A stretch of 64,000 nucleotides of DNA from Raillietiella orientalis. Its lineage: Eukaryota. A model generated the notes under the pieces. It did no database searches. It was not told the DNA's origin and was given only the letters and a program-made list of their open reading frames with translations. How positions within the stretch are numbered: position 1 is the stretch's first letter; the number at the start of each line of letters is the position of its first letter. The stretch spans positions 62,001 through 126,000 of the forward strand of contig JAYWIR010000002.1 in NCBI GenBank assembly GCA_036172245.1, given 5' to 3'. Shown here piece by piece: positions 12,030-24,272 of this stretch. The translations under genes and the position numbers were made by a program.

Positions 12030-12800
12030 CACGTGAGATTCCAGGACTACAAATTCATCCACACAGCAAGACTAAACGTACTACCACCAGTCAACTCTGG
12101 GCCAAGAACGAAACCAGAAGAACGCATATGTCGGCGGCACTGCTGGACAGAAGACGATTGCCCCACATACTGAACAGATGCAAGAAACACGTTCTTCTGT
12201 CCATGGCACGCCACAACGCGATTCAAAAGATGATCAGAAAGGCCGCATTGAACGAAACGAAATAGACCCTTTTGTCGAGTAACCAGAGAGTTCCAAGAAC
12301 AAATTCCCCCCCAAACCGGATCTAGCAATGAGAAAAAGAAACTTGGTATCAGTGTTTGACGTCTGCTGCCCATACGAAAATGGAAGAGAGGCGTTCAGCA
12401 CAACCAGAAGAAGCAAAGGAGGCTACAAGGATGTCGCCCTACAGCTGGGAAGAGGGGGAAAGCAACGCTGTACATGCATTCATCGTTGTTTCTCTGGGAG
12501 CCTGGGATCCAGATCAAGATCTGGGAATACCAAAGAAGAAATTGGTGGAAATGAGGCACCAGATGGTAGCTTCGTGCATCCGGTATTCAAGTGATATCTA
12601 TGCAGCCCACTTCTCACGAAAAGCTGACAACCAGCCGGAGGACACCAACAATCTGCTCCTACCATACGGAAGCCAGGAAGCAGAGGAAACACCATGGTGA
12701 GGGGCGACGAGCGCCCCAAGTGAACAGTGGAGGAATCGCGAAAGAATGCCCAGAGCCCCCCTGTAACCAGTTATGTAACTGCACACATAAGCAATAAAAT
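12030..12800 (+). mobile_element. NeSL/Utopia-like RLE non-LTR retrotransposon, 5'-truncated (CCHC plus PD-(D/E)xK endonuclease)
   Basis: FQDYKFIHTARLNVLP..CRRHC..LPHILNRC..RHNAI..KPDL..FDVCCPYEN..AF..FIVVSLGAWDP..LGIP..IRYSSDIYAAH across frameshifts; AATAAA near 12793. Confidence 0.85.
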
Positions 12801-13639
12801 GGGAATTGTGTGGGTGGATCTGCGTGAGTGCTTTACGAAGACCTGATCCCTTGACGAATCCGTCGGTCTACGAAAAATTCTCGTGATGATGGCTGCAAAA
12901 AAAAAAAAACTTTCAATTGAGAGTCCTTGCCGACGTTTCGGGGGAAAAGTCCGATTCCAGGGGAAATCCCAATGTGAGCGCACGCGCGTCCTCCAACAGG
13001 TCGCCTGATTCCGTAAGCAAACTGCCTCGGCGCCGAGCCGCGGCATCTCCAGAAGTTTTCCCAACAAATCTCTTTTTTCAAGAGCACGCGCGAAACCCTG
13101 CCAGGTTTTGTTTGCTGCCGGTACGATGGGGTCTATCCCGTTCGAATGTTTTTTTTTTTTTTTTTTAAAAAAAAAGTTTGTCTGATTTCTCCACGTAATC
13201 GATGCAATCAGTCAGCACTGGCACTGAATGATGGGTCAATTAATGACCAAGAACTCCCGAAATTGAGCCCATCGTTCCTGTAGATCGCTTTCTTCGGACA
13301 TTCTGGTCATCGCATCCAGAAGGATCGATGAACGCATGAAGAATTCCTTCTCAGGATGGTTGTTTTTGGAACATGTGCATCAAGGAGACAAGCCAGTGGC
13401 AACGGAAACTTTTCAGATTAATGGAGTCAGTGGAGGCCCAGATGCATTCTCGACCGTGCGCTGTGGTTGCAAACAGCACTTTTCTTTTCCTTTCAATTTT
13501 TTTTTTCAAGGTGCACCACTGACGCTTTTCCGACCACCACTGACACTTCTGATGTAAGGAAGGAACCCGGTCTTCCTGGAGGTAAATTTGCAGAATAGGA
13601 GAGCTCGTGCTGTGATCCCGGATCCAACTTTGGGACTGA

Positions 13640-13850
13640 TTTTGTCACCGAAGATAAAAGCGTTGCGTGGAGACTGTCTCTGGTTCCATCCGCATTACCA
13701 GCGGGCACAGCAAACGTCCCATTAGTGGAGGAAGGATGCAGAAACGAGGAGAACTTGGTGAATACACGAAGAACAAAAGAAAAGCGGACATTTTTTTCAT
13801 CTCCTCCATCTCTCCAGAAAGCATCCATTTGAAGGAGTCTCCCCAAGATC
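13640..13850 (-). mobile_element. possible hAT transposase C-terminal dimerisation-domain fragment
   Basis: MDAFWR..RFSFVLRV..LHPSSTNG..TRDSLHATL resembles D.FW..F..L..PHSNA..RN.L..TL. Confidence 0.3.
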
Positions 13851-14799
13851 TAGGGCTCGGCTTGCTTTGATGCCGCCACAAGATAATTAGCAAAGGACAG
13901 ATCCATCAAGTGCGAGCGTCTGCAGAATGGGAGTGCCGAGCTCCCGAACCAGGTTTTCCCTTGCTCGAGCTCTTCTCAACAGATTGATTAAATGAACGTT
14001 ACAGATGCTGAGTGGGTAGCGACGACTTACACTCTGACAATAATTGCCAGAGTCCGTGGTCTTATTTCGTTCCTGGAGAAGAAATAAAAAAGTCGCCTTG
14101 GAAGAAATCGCTCCCTCAACACGCAGACGAGAGACGGAAGACCCTAGCCTGGGGAAAAAGTGGACGCAGGGCGTGGCTGCGCTCGTGCTTCACCCCTTCA
14201 GATTGGCAGGAGGACGAGGAGACGACATGCAACCGCGCAGGAGGAGAGCGGGTTTGGAATCTTCCGGCGCTGCAGCAGCGCAGATGGAGGGAAACTGGAA
14301 GAGGACGGGAGGGATTCTGCCACGCTTCTTCAGCAAACCTTGCAACTTGCCTGTGAGTCACGTTCACGGGCGAAGATGCAGAAATCGGGGACGGGGAAAG
14401 TCAACTGACTCCTCCTCTCGTTGATGGAAGTGTGGTGAGGGCGTCAGGAAGGTCGAGAGGGCAGAGGAAAAGATGTGGTCTTCCCGAAGGGATAGGAAAC
14501 CCAGCAGAACGTCGCCGAAAATGCCGCCGAGCTTAGGTCTAAGAGTCCCGGAAAGCACCGAAAGATCTACCATCTGGCGACCCCACAGCTAGAGGATTCT
14601 CAGCTCGATGACCTGCACACTTTCATCAGATCTCTCTTTTCGTTACTATCGACTCGGTCAAGGGAGAGACCTCCAGCAAAAATAGAGAGTGGCGTCTTTC
14701 TTTCTTTGCACTCTCCTTACGTCATCCAGTGAGTGGAAGCAGCGGGGGAAAAAAAACGGATGGGGTTAGAAGAACGTTAACATAGTAGCCAGATAGAAG

Positions 14800-17650
14800 G
14801 CATCGCCGTGTGGTCAGCTCGCCCACTCGGACTTATGTGGTCCAAACGGTTCGGGTCGTGCGGATGAAGCGCAGCATTTCGTCCGCAGTGCTCGCGCCGG
14901 ATAGCCAGGGAGGAGCATCGGAGCGTCGCGAGGGTGAATGCTCAGCGTTCCTCGGAAACCAGCCGTGATGCAGGGAGGGAGGGAAGGGTGGCGAAAGAAA
15001 TGGTGCGAAACTCGGAAGACGGCCATCATCAGGTCGGGTCGACAAGCGGGGCACGTAATGGAGCTTCCGCGCGAGACCGAGCACTTCCTTCCGGCTGCGT
15101 GCTCAGATGGGTCGGAGTAACTGGTCCACTCGAGTGCACGCGCCGAGCATCAGGCACGTGGATACCGTCGCAGATCGATTGCCCGGATCATTTTCTTCTT
15201 CGTGTGAGAGGCGGGCGGACCATTGTGGATCTGCATCGCTCTGCATCCTGGGGCGCAGCCTGGCCCAGTTCTGTGGACGCAAGCGAAATTTCGAATCCTG
15301 GAAATTCTGGAAAGTTCCTCCATCCACCGGTCGAGGACAGGCCTTTCCGGAGGGGAGCGCTCGAGCTAGCCCTGCGCAGAGCCATCTTCCGCACTCATCG
15401 GCGCGCCGACGTTGCGCCCTGCGCTGTTGTCAAGCGGCGACGGAAGCTTGGAGGGTTTCCAGGCGCTTCTTCAGCGGGTTTGGGCAGAAGGACGCGTGCC
15501 CCCCGACCACTGCAAGAGGCGAGTGCCGTAGCTCGGGTCTTGCCTTCGCAATTCCTGATCTGATCCCTGCGTTCCCTTTTCCTGGGAAGAATGCTGCCAA
15601 CATCCTCGTTCTCGATGCTCCCAGATGCTCCCGATTTTCTTCTTGTCTCCTTAGTTTCGTCCTCAACCGATTTGCTGCTGCCCTGCTTCGCTTTTGCCCG
15701 CTGCAGCAGCAGCAGCTCTTCAGTCCCGCCTCGGATGAGATCATGGCATCGCCATGTGGTCGGGACTGGATCTCTTCCCTTCCTTGTCATCCCTTGACTG
15801 AACGATGCTCGGGGATGGATCGCGCTGCTCCCTTGGAATCTTCCCTTCCGGTTCAGCTTTCCGGAGCTCCTCCGCCGCCTATCGAGTGAGCTCCCGAATT
15901 GAAGCACGAGCAGCGTGAGATGAGCGGAATTATCAAGGCGACTCTGGAGGGACTTCGGATCATCTGCAGATGAGCGAATCTCGCTCGCGATTCCATCTTT
16001 GTTATGAACCCGCTCATCGCCGGATCCAACGGCTGATTTCCTTTTCCATCCGTTGGATCCCTGATGAAGAAAAATCGGTGAGGCTTACTGCTTCCTCTTC
16101 TCGTATGAAGATAAAGGAGAACGAGAGCAGCAAATGGAACCGAGTGGAGCTGGATGCCTACGGGGAATTTTCTTCCAGCGGGCCGCCGCCTTACGTGGTC
16201 ACCTTACGTTACGTCGCCTTACATTTCCGCAGAAATTCAGGGAGAGCATCGGTTGAGGCGGGATTTCAGCTGACTGATGTGCGACAGTAGCTTGGGTCCA
16301 GTCTGCAAGGACGGGCTCTCAGAACTCGTAGATGTAGCGAAGATGCTGTGGACTCCCACACAACGCTGATTCGTGTAACGCGACGACAAAATGGAGACGG
16401 TCCTCGTACAATGCGGTGAGTCAGCCCCCTGCGACGACGATGCGCATGAATTTCAACTTTGTGGTGCGGTTCCAGGTCACCTGCGTGGATGCAGCGGATT
16501 CTCCAAAAATTCGCTGCATTGCTGAACGCTTTGGTCATTGTCCACCATTGTCCGCTTGGCCATGGTTTCATTTCTTACACAGAAAAGAGGGACAGACGGG
16601 AACGATCCCGATGAATCAGCACACGAGCAACGGCACGTGCCCTTCCTATCTAGGCAGTACTTTCAGACTGGAAGCAAATGGTGGTGCCCGTCCTTGGACT
16701 CTGTGGATGTTCGTTGGGTGGCTCGGTGAACTCCTCATGAGGGAAGGCGAGAGGTGCGCCGCCGCCAAATTCGATTTTTTTTTTTTTTGTCGAAGTCTAC
16801 TCTGGAAGTTTTGGAGATTCCGCGGCATCCACGCCGCGGAAGCGACTCCACCAGAATCACCTGACGTAATGAGCAGCGCGATACTAGAGGGATGGCGCTG
16901 AGAGCGGTAGACGGTGTCGGTCTTCTGCAAGTGGTAGCAGGAGCTTGCATTCTTAAGACGTAGGGTCATCCGAGACCTCAAATTGCAGACCTCAGGGGCA
17001 GAGCAGCATCTGCGTTATTCCCAAATGAGTTCGAGGAGCAGTATCGGCGGATGAGTGTCAAGAAGGAAAAGTGGATGGCTCAAGGAACAAGTGAGATCTT
17101 GGCCATTCGTCAGCAGGGCGAACGAATTGCGAGTTATTGAAAATGGGGAAGTCGAAGACACCGAAGGGCCACTGAGAAAGTGGAATAGTATCTTCTTCTG
17201 CCTGTGTTTTTTGCCGAGTGTGGTGAAGTTCAGGGGGCAAGTTTCAGGAACCGTTCTTAAGAACTAGTGGATCGAGTAGGGAAGACGACGGAGAGATTGG
17301 TCCCGAGCCGGGTGCTTTCAATGCCAGCACAACATGGCAACGGGATGCTGATTCTCAGCTAGTAGACACTGCAGCAAGAAGGCGTCTACCAGTGCAGCGG
17401 ATTCTTGGAACTCTCTTGAGCTCGGATTGCTGAAGCTCTCCTAGCTCAAGTTAAGGAATCCCTCCCAGGGAGATGGATGAGTGAGGATGGCAAGATTCGC
17501 ATAGCAGCAGTGCCTGATACAAGATGGCTGCTCATTCCGCCAAGGGTTGCCTAACATCATCTTCAGCTTCCAAATCATACAGAATCGCCGAGAAGCTAAG
17601 AGCCTCCAAACAACGCCGGAAATTCAGCACCGAAAACTTCCATTTGGTCT
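14800..17650 (-). mobile_element. Ty3/Gypsy pol remnant (protease-RT-RNase H-integrase order)
   Basis: AILYDLEA (LLDSGA-like), VFDFPIFN, MTLRLKNAS (MPFGLKNAP), WTMTKAF..EPHHKVEIH, LTDF..ISRW, integrase-like HHFFRHPSLP..RGTL. Confidence 0.55.
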
Positions 17651-17984
17651 CCTTCAAGAAAGGAGGATGGGCCAGAAGGAAGAGGAGGCTCCGTGCGCCT
17701 TGGCCAGCCTTTCTTCCTGGAGGCGCGAGGGTTCCCAAGAGCCGCCTGCCGCGAAGCGGGCAGTGGGCAGACGGCACAAGCGGGGAGGGAGGGAGCGAGA
17801 GGGAAAAAGCTTCTCCCTGAGAGAGGTATCGAGGCAGGTTGCCCGAGGGATCGGTGCAAGGGACAGCCGCCATAGGCACCAGAAACCACGCAACGCGCGC
17901 TCTCGCAGGATGCTGAAGTGCCCAGCGAGAGGGCCCCTGAGCAGCGCCAGCTGAAGAAGTTAGTAGAGAAGTTCTGATTACATT

Positions 17985-18190
17985 ATGGATATATGTGTGA
18001 AAAGTTGCGAAAAATATATAAATATATTTATATATATAGGTTAAATATTAAATACGTAAATACATATCAATAAGTACACACATATCAATAATATAATCAG
18101 TAACGATTCCAGCCTATTAATAAAATGTATGCTAACGGATATTCATAAATACAGATGTTCAGATTATATTACTGCTAATAATATGTGTGT
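17985..18190. repeat. AT-rich low-complexity (TA)n tract
   Basis: Abrupt TA-rich block between two GC-rich regions. Confidence 0.8.
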
Positions 18191-20156
18191 TGACAAACAC
18201 GAATAGCTGTGCATGCCGAGATGAACTTACGTGTTGATCTGTGCCGAACGAGCACGTGTGTTTCTCTTCCGTGATTTCGATGGGCACCGTTCTGGAAGGT
18301 TCCTCTTCGTCAGCGGTGCCGGCGAAAGCCAGCGGACGGACAGCAGCAGCGGGAGGGAGGAAGCGAAGGAGGGAGCTAGCCAAGTCGCAGTAGGACGGAA
18401 GGATGGGGAGGGGAGGGGGTGGGGGAACGCACCCCCCAACCCCCAGCCTTCCTCGCAAGGAAGGGAGGCGCCGGACTGCTCGACCAACGGCGAAACGAAG
18501 AAACTTCCTGCCCTCCCTACCAGGCTGGAAAAGCGCCCTCCCTCGCACTCGGTGGTGTCCCAGGAGGTCTCCCTCCGCGAGCAGACTGGACCCCTTCAGA
18601 AGCGCGCACGTCTCTGACTGGAGGTCCCCCTGAGGATGGCGCCCCTCAAGCGCGGAGGTCGCTGCATCGCCTGCCTCACGGCAGCACAGCGCCGCGCTTC
18701 CCTTGAGAGCAGACCGGATCGAAAGTCGCGTTCCCGTAGGAGCCGTCAGGCAAGTCGTCGTGGAGCCTCCCCGCAGTTCCTCCTGCTCGCCGGTAGGGAT
18801 CCAGCAGCCGCGCACGGCTTGTGGGAAGTACAGCCGCGCTTCCTCTTTGCCCCCAAAGAAACCTTCGCGCGCCGGAGGTGCACACCGGCCTGTCCACCGG
18901 GCGGCTGCTCGGAGGCTCCTCCGCATCGGCCTCGTCCCTACGGCGACCGCCGGCGCAGAGAAGCAGGCAGGCATGCGATGCCGCGTTCTGGGCGCGTCGC
19001 GAGGAGTGCATGGCCGATTTCCCCCTCCTTCCCCTCCTCTTCCACGGCTGGACACAACACCGGAGATCACGCACCAAGGGATGCAAGCATCCGTGGACCC
19101 ACGTGCCGGGATGCCAGGCGCAGTGGAAAGGAACGCTCCCTCTCTTCCGCTGCGCTCTCGCCGGGTATCGGAGAGCGTCCAGGAATTCCTTATCGCTGGC
19201 TGCTGGGGAAGCAGCGCGCATCGGTCGTGCGAGGCGTCCCTTCCTTGCTCTCTTCCGTTCTCTCCTCTCGGTGGAATCGAGACCTCGGCCGTTCCGCTTC
19301 CGGCATGGCTTTGCGGAAGGAAGGGGGGGGGAGGGGAGGAAGGAGTTTCGGCGGGATCCCGCTGCCTGTCGGTCCACGTCGGGAACCGCCGCCAACACGC
19401 GGGACGACCTCGCAAACTTCCACTTCCGTTTCCACACCGCTGTGTTTCGTTGATGGAAAGAAGAGAGAGGGGGGGGGGACACAAGAAAGCCTCGCAGGCG
19501 TTGCCCAGGCGACCGCTTGGGATCCTCTCTCGCCCGTCCACACAGTTTTCGGACCTCCTGCCCCCCACTCTGACTTCCTGGAGGGCGGATCGAAGGACAG
19601 AAAGCGGGATGGATCGCCCCCTTCTCTCTCCCGAGCAGACCATCGTGCGCGTGAAGGAATGCGGCCGCCAGGTCCTTTGCAGCGTCCTCGACCTCTCCAG
19701 GACGCTGGGCGCGTTCCTGTGGAGTAGTCTGGTGGATGCGGCCTGTCAGCCGGTACGTGGCGCTGCCAGGAGAAAGAGCTTGCGCGCGTGTTCCGGAGCC
19801 CCCCGCCTTCGGAGCCCCCTCTCCTTTCCCTGACGGCAGGTAGTGAGCGCGCGCCCTGTGGTTTCAGCCCGTCCCCGAGGGTGGTGAGGAGAGGCGCGGT
19901 CCAGGAGTGAAGCCGGACGGAGGAGACCCGCCGCTCGAAGTGGCCGTCGTTCCGATGAGACCGCGAGCGCGATCAGGTAAACATGGCGGTGGATCGCCGG
20001 GGCGCTATGCACGTGGCGGATCGGGCGGAGAGAAAGCCAGAGGCTCAATGCCACGAGCCAAGGGGGGGAGAGGGTGCTAGGTACCCCCCTCCCCATCCCC
20101 TCCGCTCGAGAGGGGACAAGGATGCCGGAGAGGAAAAAAGGAAGAGGTGGAGAAAA

Positions 20157-20555
20157 ATGGCCTGCCTCTCTGTTGCAGGAGACCCGGGAAGAGCACAGAG
20201 GATGCGGGAGATCGTCGTAGGGATGCTCGTGGACTTCGAAAAGACGCTTGCGCGGGAAACACCAGGACTCCCACGGCAACGAGAGAGACCAAGGCCCGAC
20301 GGATGGCTCGGCCACCCCTGCGAGCGCGCCCGCCAGGGATCCCCTCACGCAGCACGCCCACCGAGCGCGCCAGTGCCTCCGCCCGCACGACGCCTGTCGG
20401 GCCACAATCTCAGGAGGAAGTTGTTGCTCGTCATGCGGACGCTGTCCAGACTGGAGCTGGACGCGGGTCAGAAGCGCGCGCTCGGCCTGCGGGAGGCAGC
20501 TGCAGCCCTGGAGCACTGCCTGCGCAGCGAGGTCCTCCTGTACCACAACCTGTGA
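20157..20555 (+). CDS. hypothetical protein, helical, possibly viral
   Basis: ATG at 20157 to TGA; amphipathic protein-like segments MREIVVGMLVDFEKTL and LRRKLLLVMRTLSRLEL..LEHCLRSEVLLYHNL; no family recognised. Confidence 0.35.
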   Translation: MACLSVAGDPGRAQRMREIVVGMLVDFEKTLARETPGLPRQRERPRPDGWLGHPCERARQGSPHAARPPSAPVPPPARRLSGHNLRRKLLLVMRTLSRLELDAGQKRALGLREAAAALEHCLRSEVLLYHNL

Positions 20556-21039
20556 GCAAAGGGCGCTGAGACGCTCCCCCTCCTTTCCCTTCCTTAGTCA
20601 GAGAAAAATGGAGGCGCGAAGCCGTTGGCCGGTCGTGCGCTTCATTCGAGGGAACCTCGGGTCAGCGCACTCACTTCCCTACTAGGGGACACGGCGGCGA
20701 CGCGGGACTGGTGCATCGCTGCTCTCCGCCGTCTCTGCGAAGCAGCGCCGGTTCTGCGGCCGCGGCAGCACCGAGGCGAAAGCGTTCCTCGAGGGTGGCG
20801 AAGACCGGAAAGGGCGACTTCCGTCCGGCGAAAGAGCCGACATGGGAGGCCTCCCATTCCCAGTAGCGCCTGCGGTCCGGAGGGACTGACCGGCTCCATC
20901 CACCAGGGGTCCCGCCTCCGGGAGCATGCAAAAGATCGGGGTGGCCGAGGAATCCCAGATGGCCGTGTTCCGTGTTCCGAGCGACTTCGTCCGGTGAACG
21001 GGAGAGAGTGCGAGAATGAAGGATCGGTAGTCTGACCTC

Positions 21040-21640
21040 AAGGTGACCCCGAGTATCTCGAAGAGGAAGCAGCACGTGCGCACAGGACGAGCGAGGTGTC
21101 CCTCTCTCCTGACCGGGAGACTCAGGAGGGGAGGAGCAGTCGTGCACGCGACGGGGAGGACAACCGTCAGCGCTGCAGATCTGGGAACCGTCCAGGAGAG
21201 CGTCATGAGTGGAGATGGCTGCAAGGATCCCCCGGGGTCTGCGGAGCGCAGCCGCCGCCAGGGGCACGCGGCGGTTTCCGCATTCGCTCGTCCGTGGTCT
21301 CCCGACCGCAGCGCCGCCGTCTCGGATGCGAGATGGGCGCGTAGATCCATCACTTTCATGAGCCTCGTCTAGAGGATGCCAGGATCGTCGGTTCCGCCTG
21401 GTGGACTCCTTCGACCTCCCGGGAAAGCGGGACGTTGCCCACGTGGCATTGGCCCTACGGAGGTGGTTGCCGTCACTGAAGACGGGCGGAGCACACAGGT
21501 TCGCCGTCCTCCCGGCCTTTGCGGACTCCAGGGAGCACTCTCGTTTCTCGAACTGGGAGGGGAGGTTCCCACCGGGAAAGTATGGGAGCGTTGGAGATGT
21601 TGTCGCTTCCGTAGGGCCGAACTTACCAAGGCTCCACACT
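21040..21640 (-). pseudogene. possible herpesvirus capsid triplex (VP23/UL18-like) remnant
   Basis: LCAPPVFSDG..(16 aa after PPVF)..RFP has the same spacing as remembered VP23 LVPPVFEG..LRFP; single short motif only. Confidence 0.2.
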
Positions 21641-22273
21641 TCCGCCCACTCCTCGTTCCTCCAGTTGTGTCACGTCACGTCGCAGCGCATAGAGACCTGC
21701 TCGTGTGAGGTCGCCAAAGCTAGCGCTCGACGCTAGCGACAGTCCACCGCAGAGTTGCGTTCGCAGGCGCCGAAGGTTCTTTTAAAAGCTGTCGCAGCCT
21801 CTGCTCGACTCGCGAGCGCCCACGCCGGGAGCGGATGGAGAGAACACTTTCCAAAACAGGGAGGGACTCCTTCTCCGTGTGCAGGGCGGTGCCTTCCCTT
21901 CCAACCTCCTCACTCTGGGACGGTGTGGGCGAGCCAATTGCCCAGGGAGGATGGGCAGCCACTAACCAGGCCGCAGCATCCTGCGGTCTGCATACAGTTG
22001 CCGATGACCGCTGCCACAGCGAAGTGAAGCCGACGTTGGCGAAAGTTTTGTGTTTTTTTTTTTGCGGTTTCGAGATCTGCAAGCAAAGCTGGGACGCATC
22101 CGTGCCGAAGAAGGACGCCTTCGGCCTGGAGACCACTCCTTAGAGAGGTTCTTGTGGCTGCTCTCTCGAGAGCAGCCACAAGGACCGTGGTCCAGCTTAA
22201 TTCAGAGGATTCAAGAAGGGATAAGAATCTCCAAGGCGGTCCAAGAAGCTGGTAGTTTCAGTTGAGATGAAGA

Positions 22274-22516
22274 TCAAAAAAAAAAACATGAACTCCTGTG
22301 TGACCGGCGGAAGCAAGAAGGGATGTGAGAATGCGAGCCGGAGAGGATGTCATCTTTCCAGGTCTGACCGTCCACTGCTTCAAGGACACGAAGACCCTGG
22401 ATGCACCTCGCAGACGGTCCATTCTGTAGCAGGCCGCTCTTTGTCTCGAAGACAACCGCGGGGCGCCGTTCACTTGAACCGCCGTGAGCGACGACTTCAA
22501 GAGCGCTGATTTTCAT
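22274..22516 (-). pseudogene. possible His-Cys/His-Me finger endonuclease remnant
   Basis: GSHSHIPSCFRRSH resembles SHxCHxxxCxxxxH. Confidence 0.25.
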
Positions 22517-24272
22517 GGTTGAGCATCGAGCGCCGTGCCTTCAGTAACCACACGGTGACGTTCACAAGAGGGGGGGGAGAGGAGGCTAGCAAACCTGTCC
22601 AGGAGTGTTCGCAGGAGAGCACAGATTCTCCCTGCCTTGGCGGCGAAGATTCGACGGACGCGCCGCCAGCCCTTCGTTAGGTTGCTCGTCCCGTGTGCTC
22701 CGAATCCACCCGATAGTGAATCCACTACGGAAAGTTTCAGTCTCCCAGGAACGAACCTCGTTTTCCTTGACCGAAGGGCACACGCACGCTAGAGACGCTT
22801 GCCGAAGACGACCACGCCTACGCCCAGATGGCCGGGCGTGGGCAGATTGGTCGAAGAAAATTCTTGCAGATCGTAGGCGAATCACGAAAACTTTAAGTTA
22901 TCAGTCTCAAATTTTTCAGACCTCTTTTATTCCTCTTTTTCTTCCTTCCTTCCTTTCCATTTTCCTTCCTGCTGCGAAGACCACTTTGCCGTCGTCGTCT
23001 TTCCTTGAAACTTTTGCCGAATTTCCTCCGAAAACTTCCGTTCGAGATTTCCCTCCCTCGCACGAATCTCAGGTGGCGCCCCGCTTGTCTGATGGCTTCT
23101 GGAATTTTTCCCGGAGCTGCTGCTCGCCGCAGACTGATTTGCGTTCGCCTTCGCTTCCACTCCCTTCGTCAGCTCATCAGCGTCGAGGGCGGCGTTCTCA
23201 GAAGAGCTCGCGCGAGTCCTTCAAGCTGACCTCCCTCTCCGCCGTGTCTCCACGTCGACGAAACACCGGTTCTGATTATCAAGTTTTCCACCCGCCGGAT
23301 GAAACATGAAATGTACACAGACGACCGCGTACTCAAGTAGGCAGACTACAGCGTACCCTGCCATCGCCCAGCAGCACTTCTCCTCCAAGAGGAGGTTTTC
23401 CAAGCTTCCGTTTTCTCATGGTAGGCGGGAACGATGTGAGTTCGAGATCCGTTCCTCCTGGGGCTGCGTTCACATGGCAGGTGGTCACGAGACATCCCTA
23501 AGGTTCCGTTGTGTTGTCTCCTGCTTCCGGATCGAGCGGATGGACTCACCTCGACCCCTTCTGCCGCCGCGGTCTCCTTCGACTCGCGCGGACCAACCCC
23601 GTGAGAACGGAACTTCGACTCATCCGACCTCTTGGCGGCGAATTTCACACCTTTGCATCTCAACTTCACGGGTGGATGCCCAAAAAACATTGGCAAGACT
23701 AACGTCCCCGCCTTCAATTGACGTGTCCTTCAAATCTCGCCAGCTTCCAGTAGGGGTTGACTTTTTAAAAACTATTAATCCACAAGCAAAAAATAAACAG
23801 TGCACAAAGAAAAGACGATTAAAGCTCGATACGGCGATCTTCAAGCGGCAGGACACTCTTGCTCTTCCTGTTTTATTCCTATCGCCTCCTCCCCCCCTTC
23901 CACCTTCCAAGGGGAACCCCACTCTCAGTTTTCATCGGCCATAGTCTCAACCATTACGGAAAGAAATGCACAGCATCTTCCGCATCTCTAATGGTATGAA
24001 TCTTGTAGATGAAGCCAAAACGCACACAGAGCGAAACTCCACAAAAATCTTCGGGCTCTACGAAAGCAAACGGAAGAGGACCGCCTTCTGTTCCTCGACT
24101 CAGGGGAAACAGCCATGCCGTGCTTGCTGGAAGTCTTCAGCGTCCGTGGTACGTAGACCAAGCATTATGCTCTCCAACGGCCATCGTAGCTACTCACCGT
24201 GGCCACGGAAAGGCAACGCAAAGGTCCTCCTTCGAAGAGAAAACGACTGCGGAGTCTCCCTCTGAAACTGAA

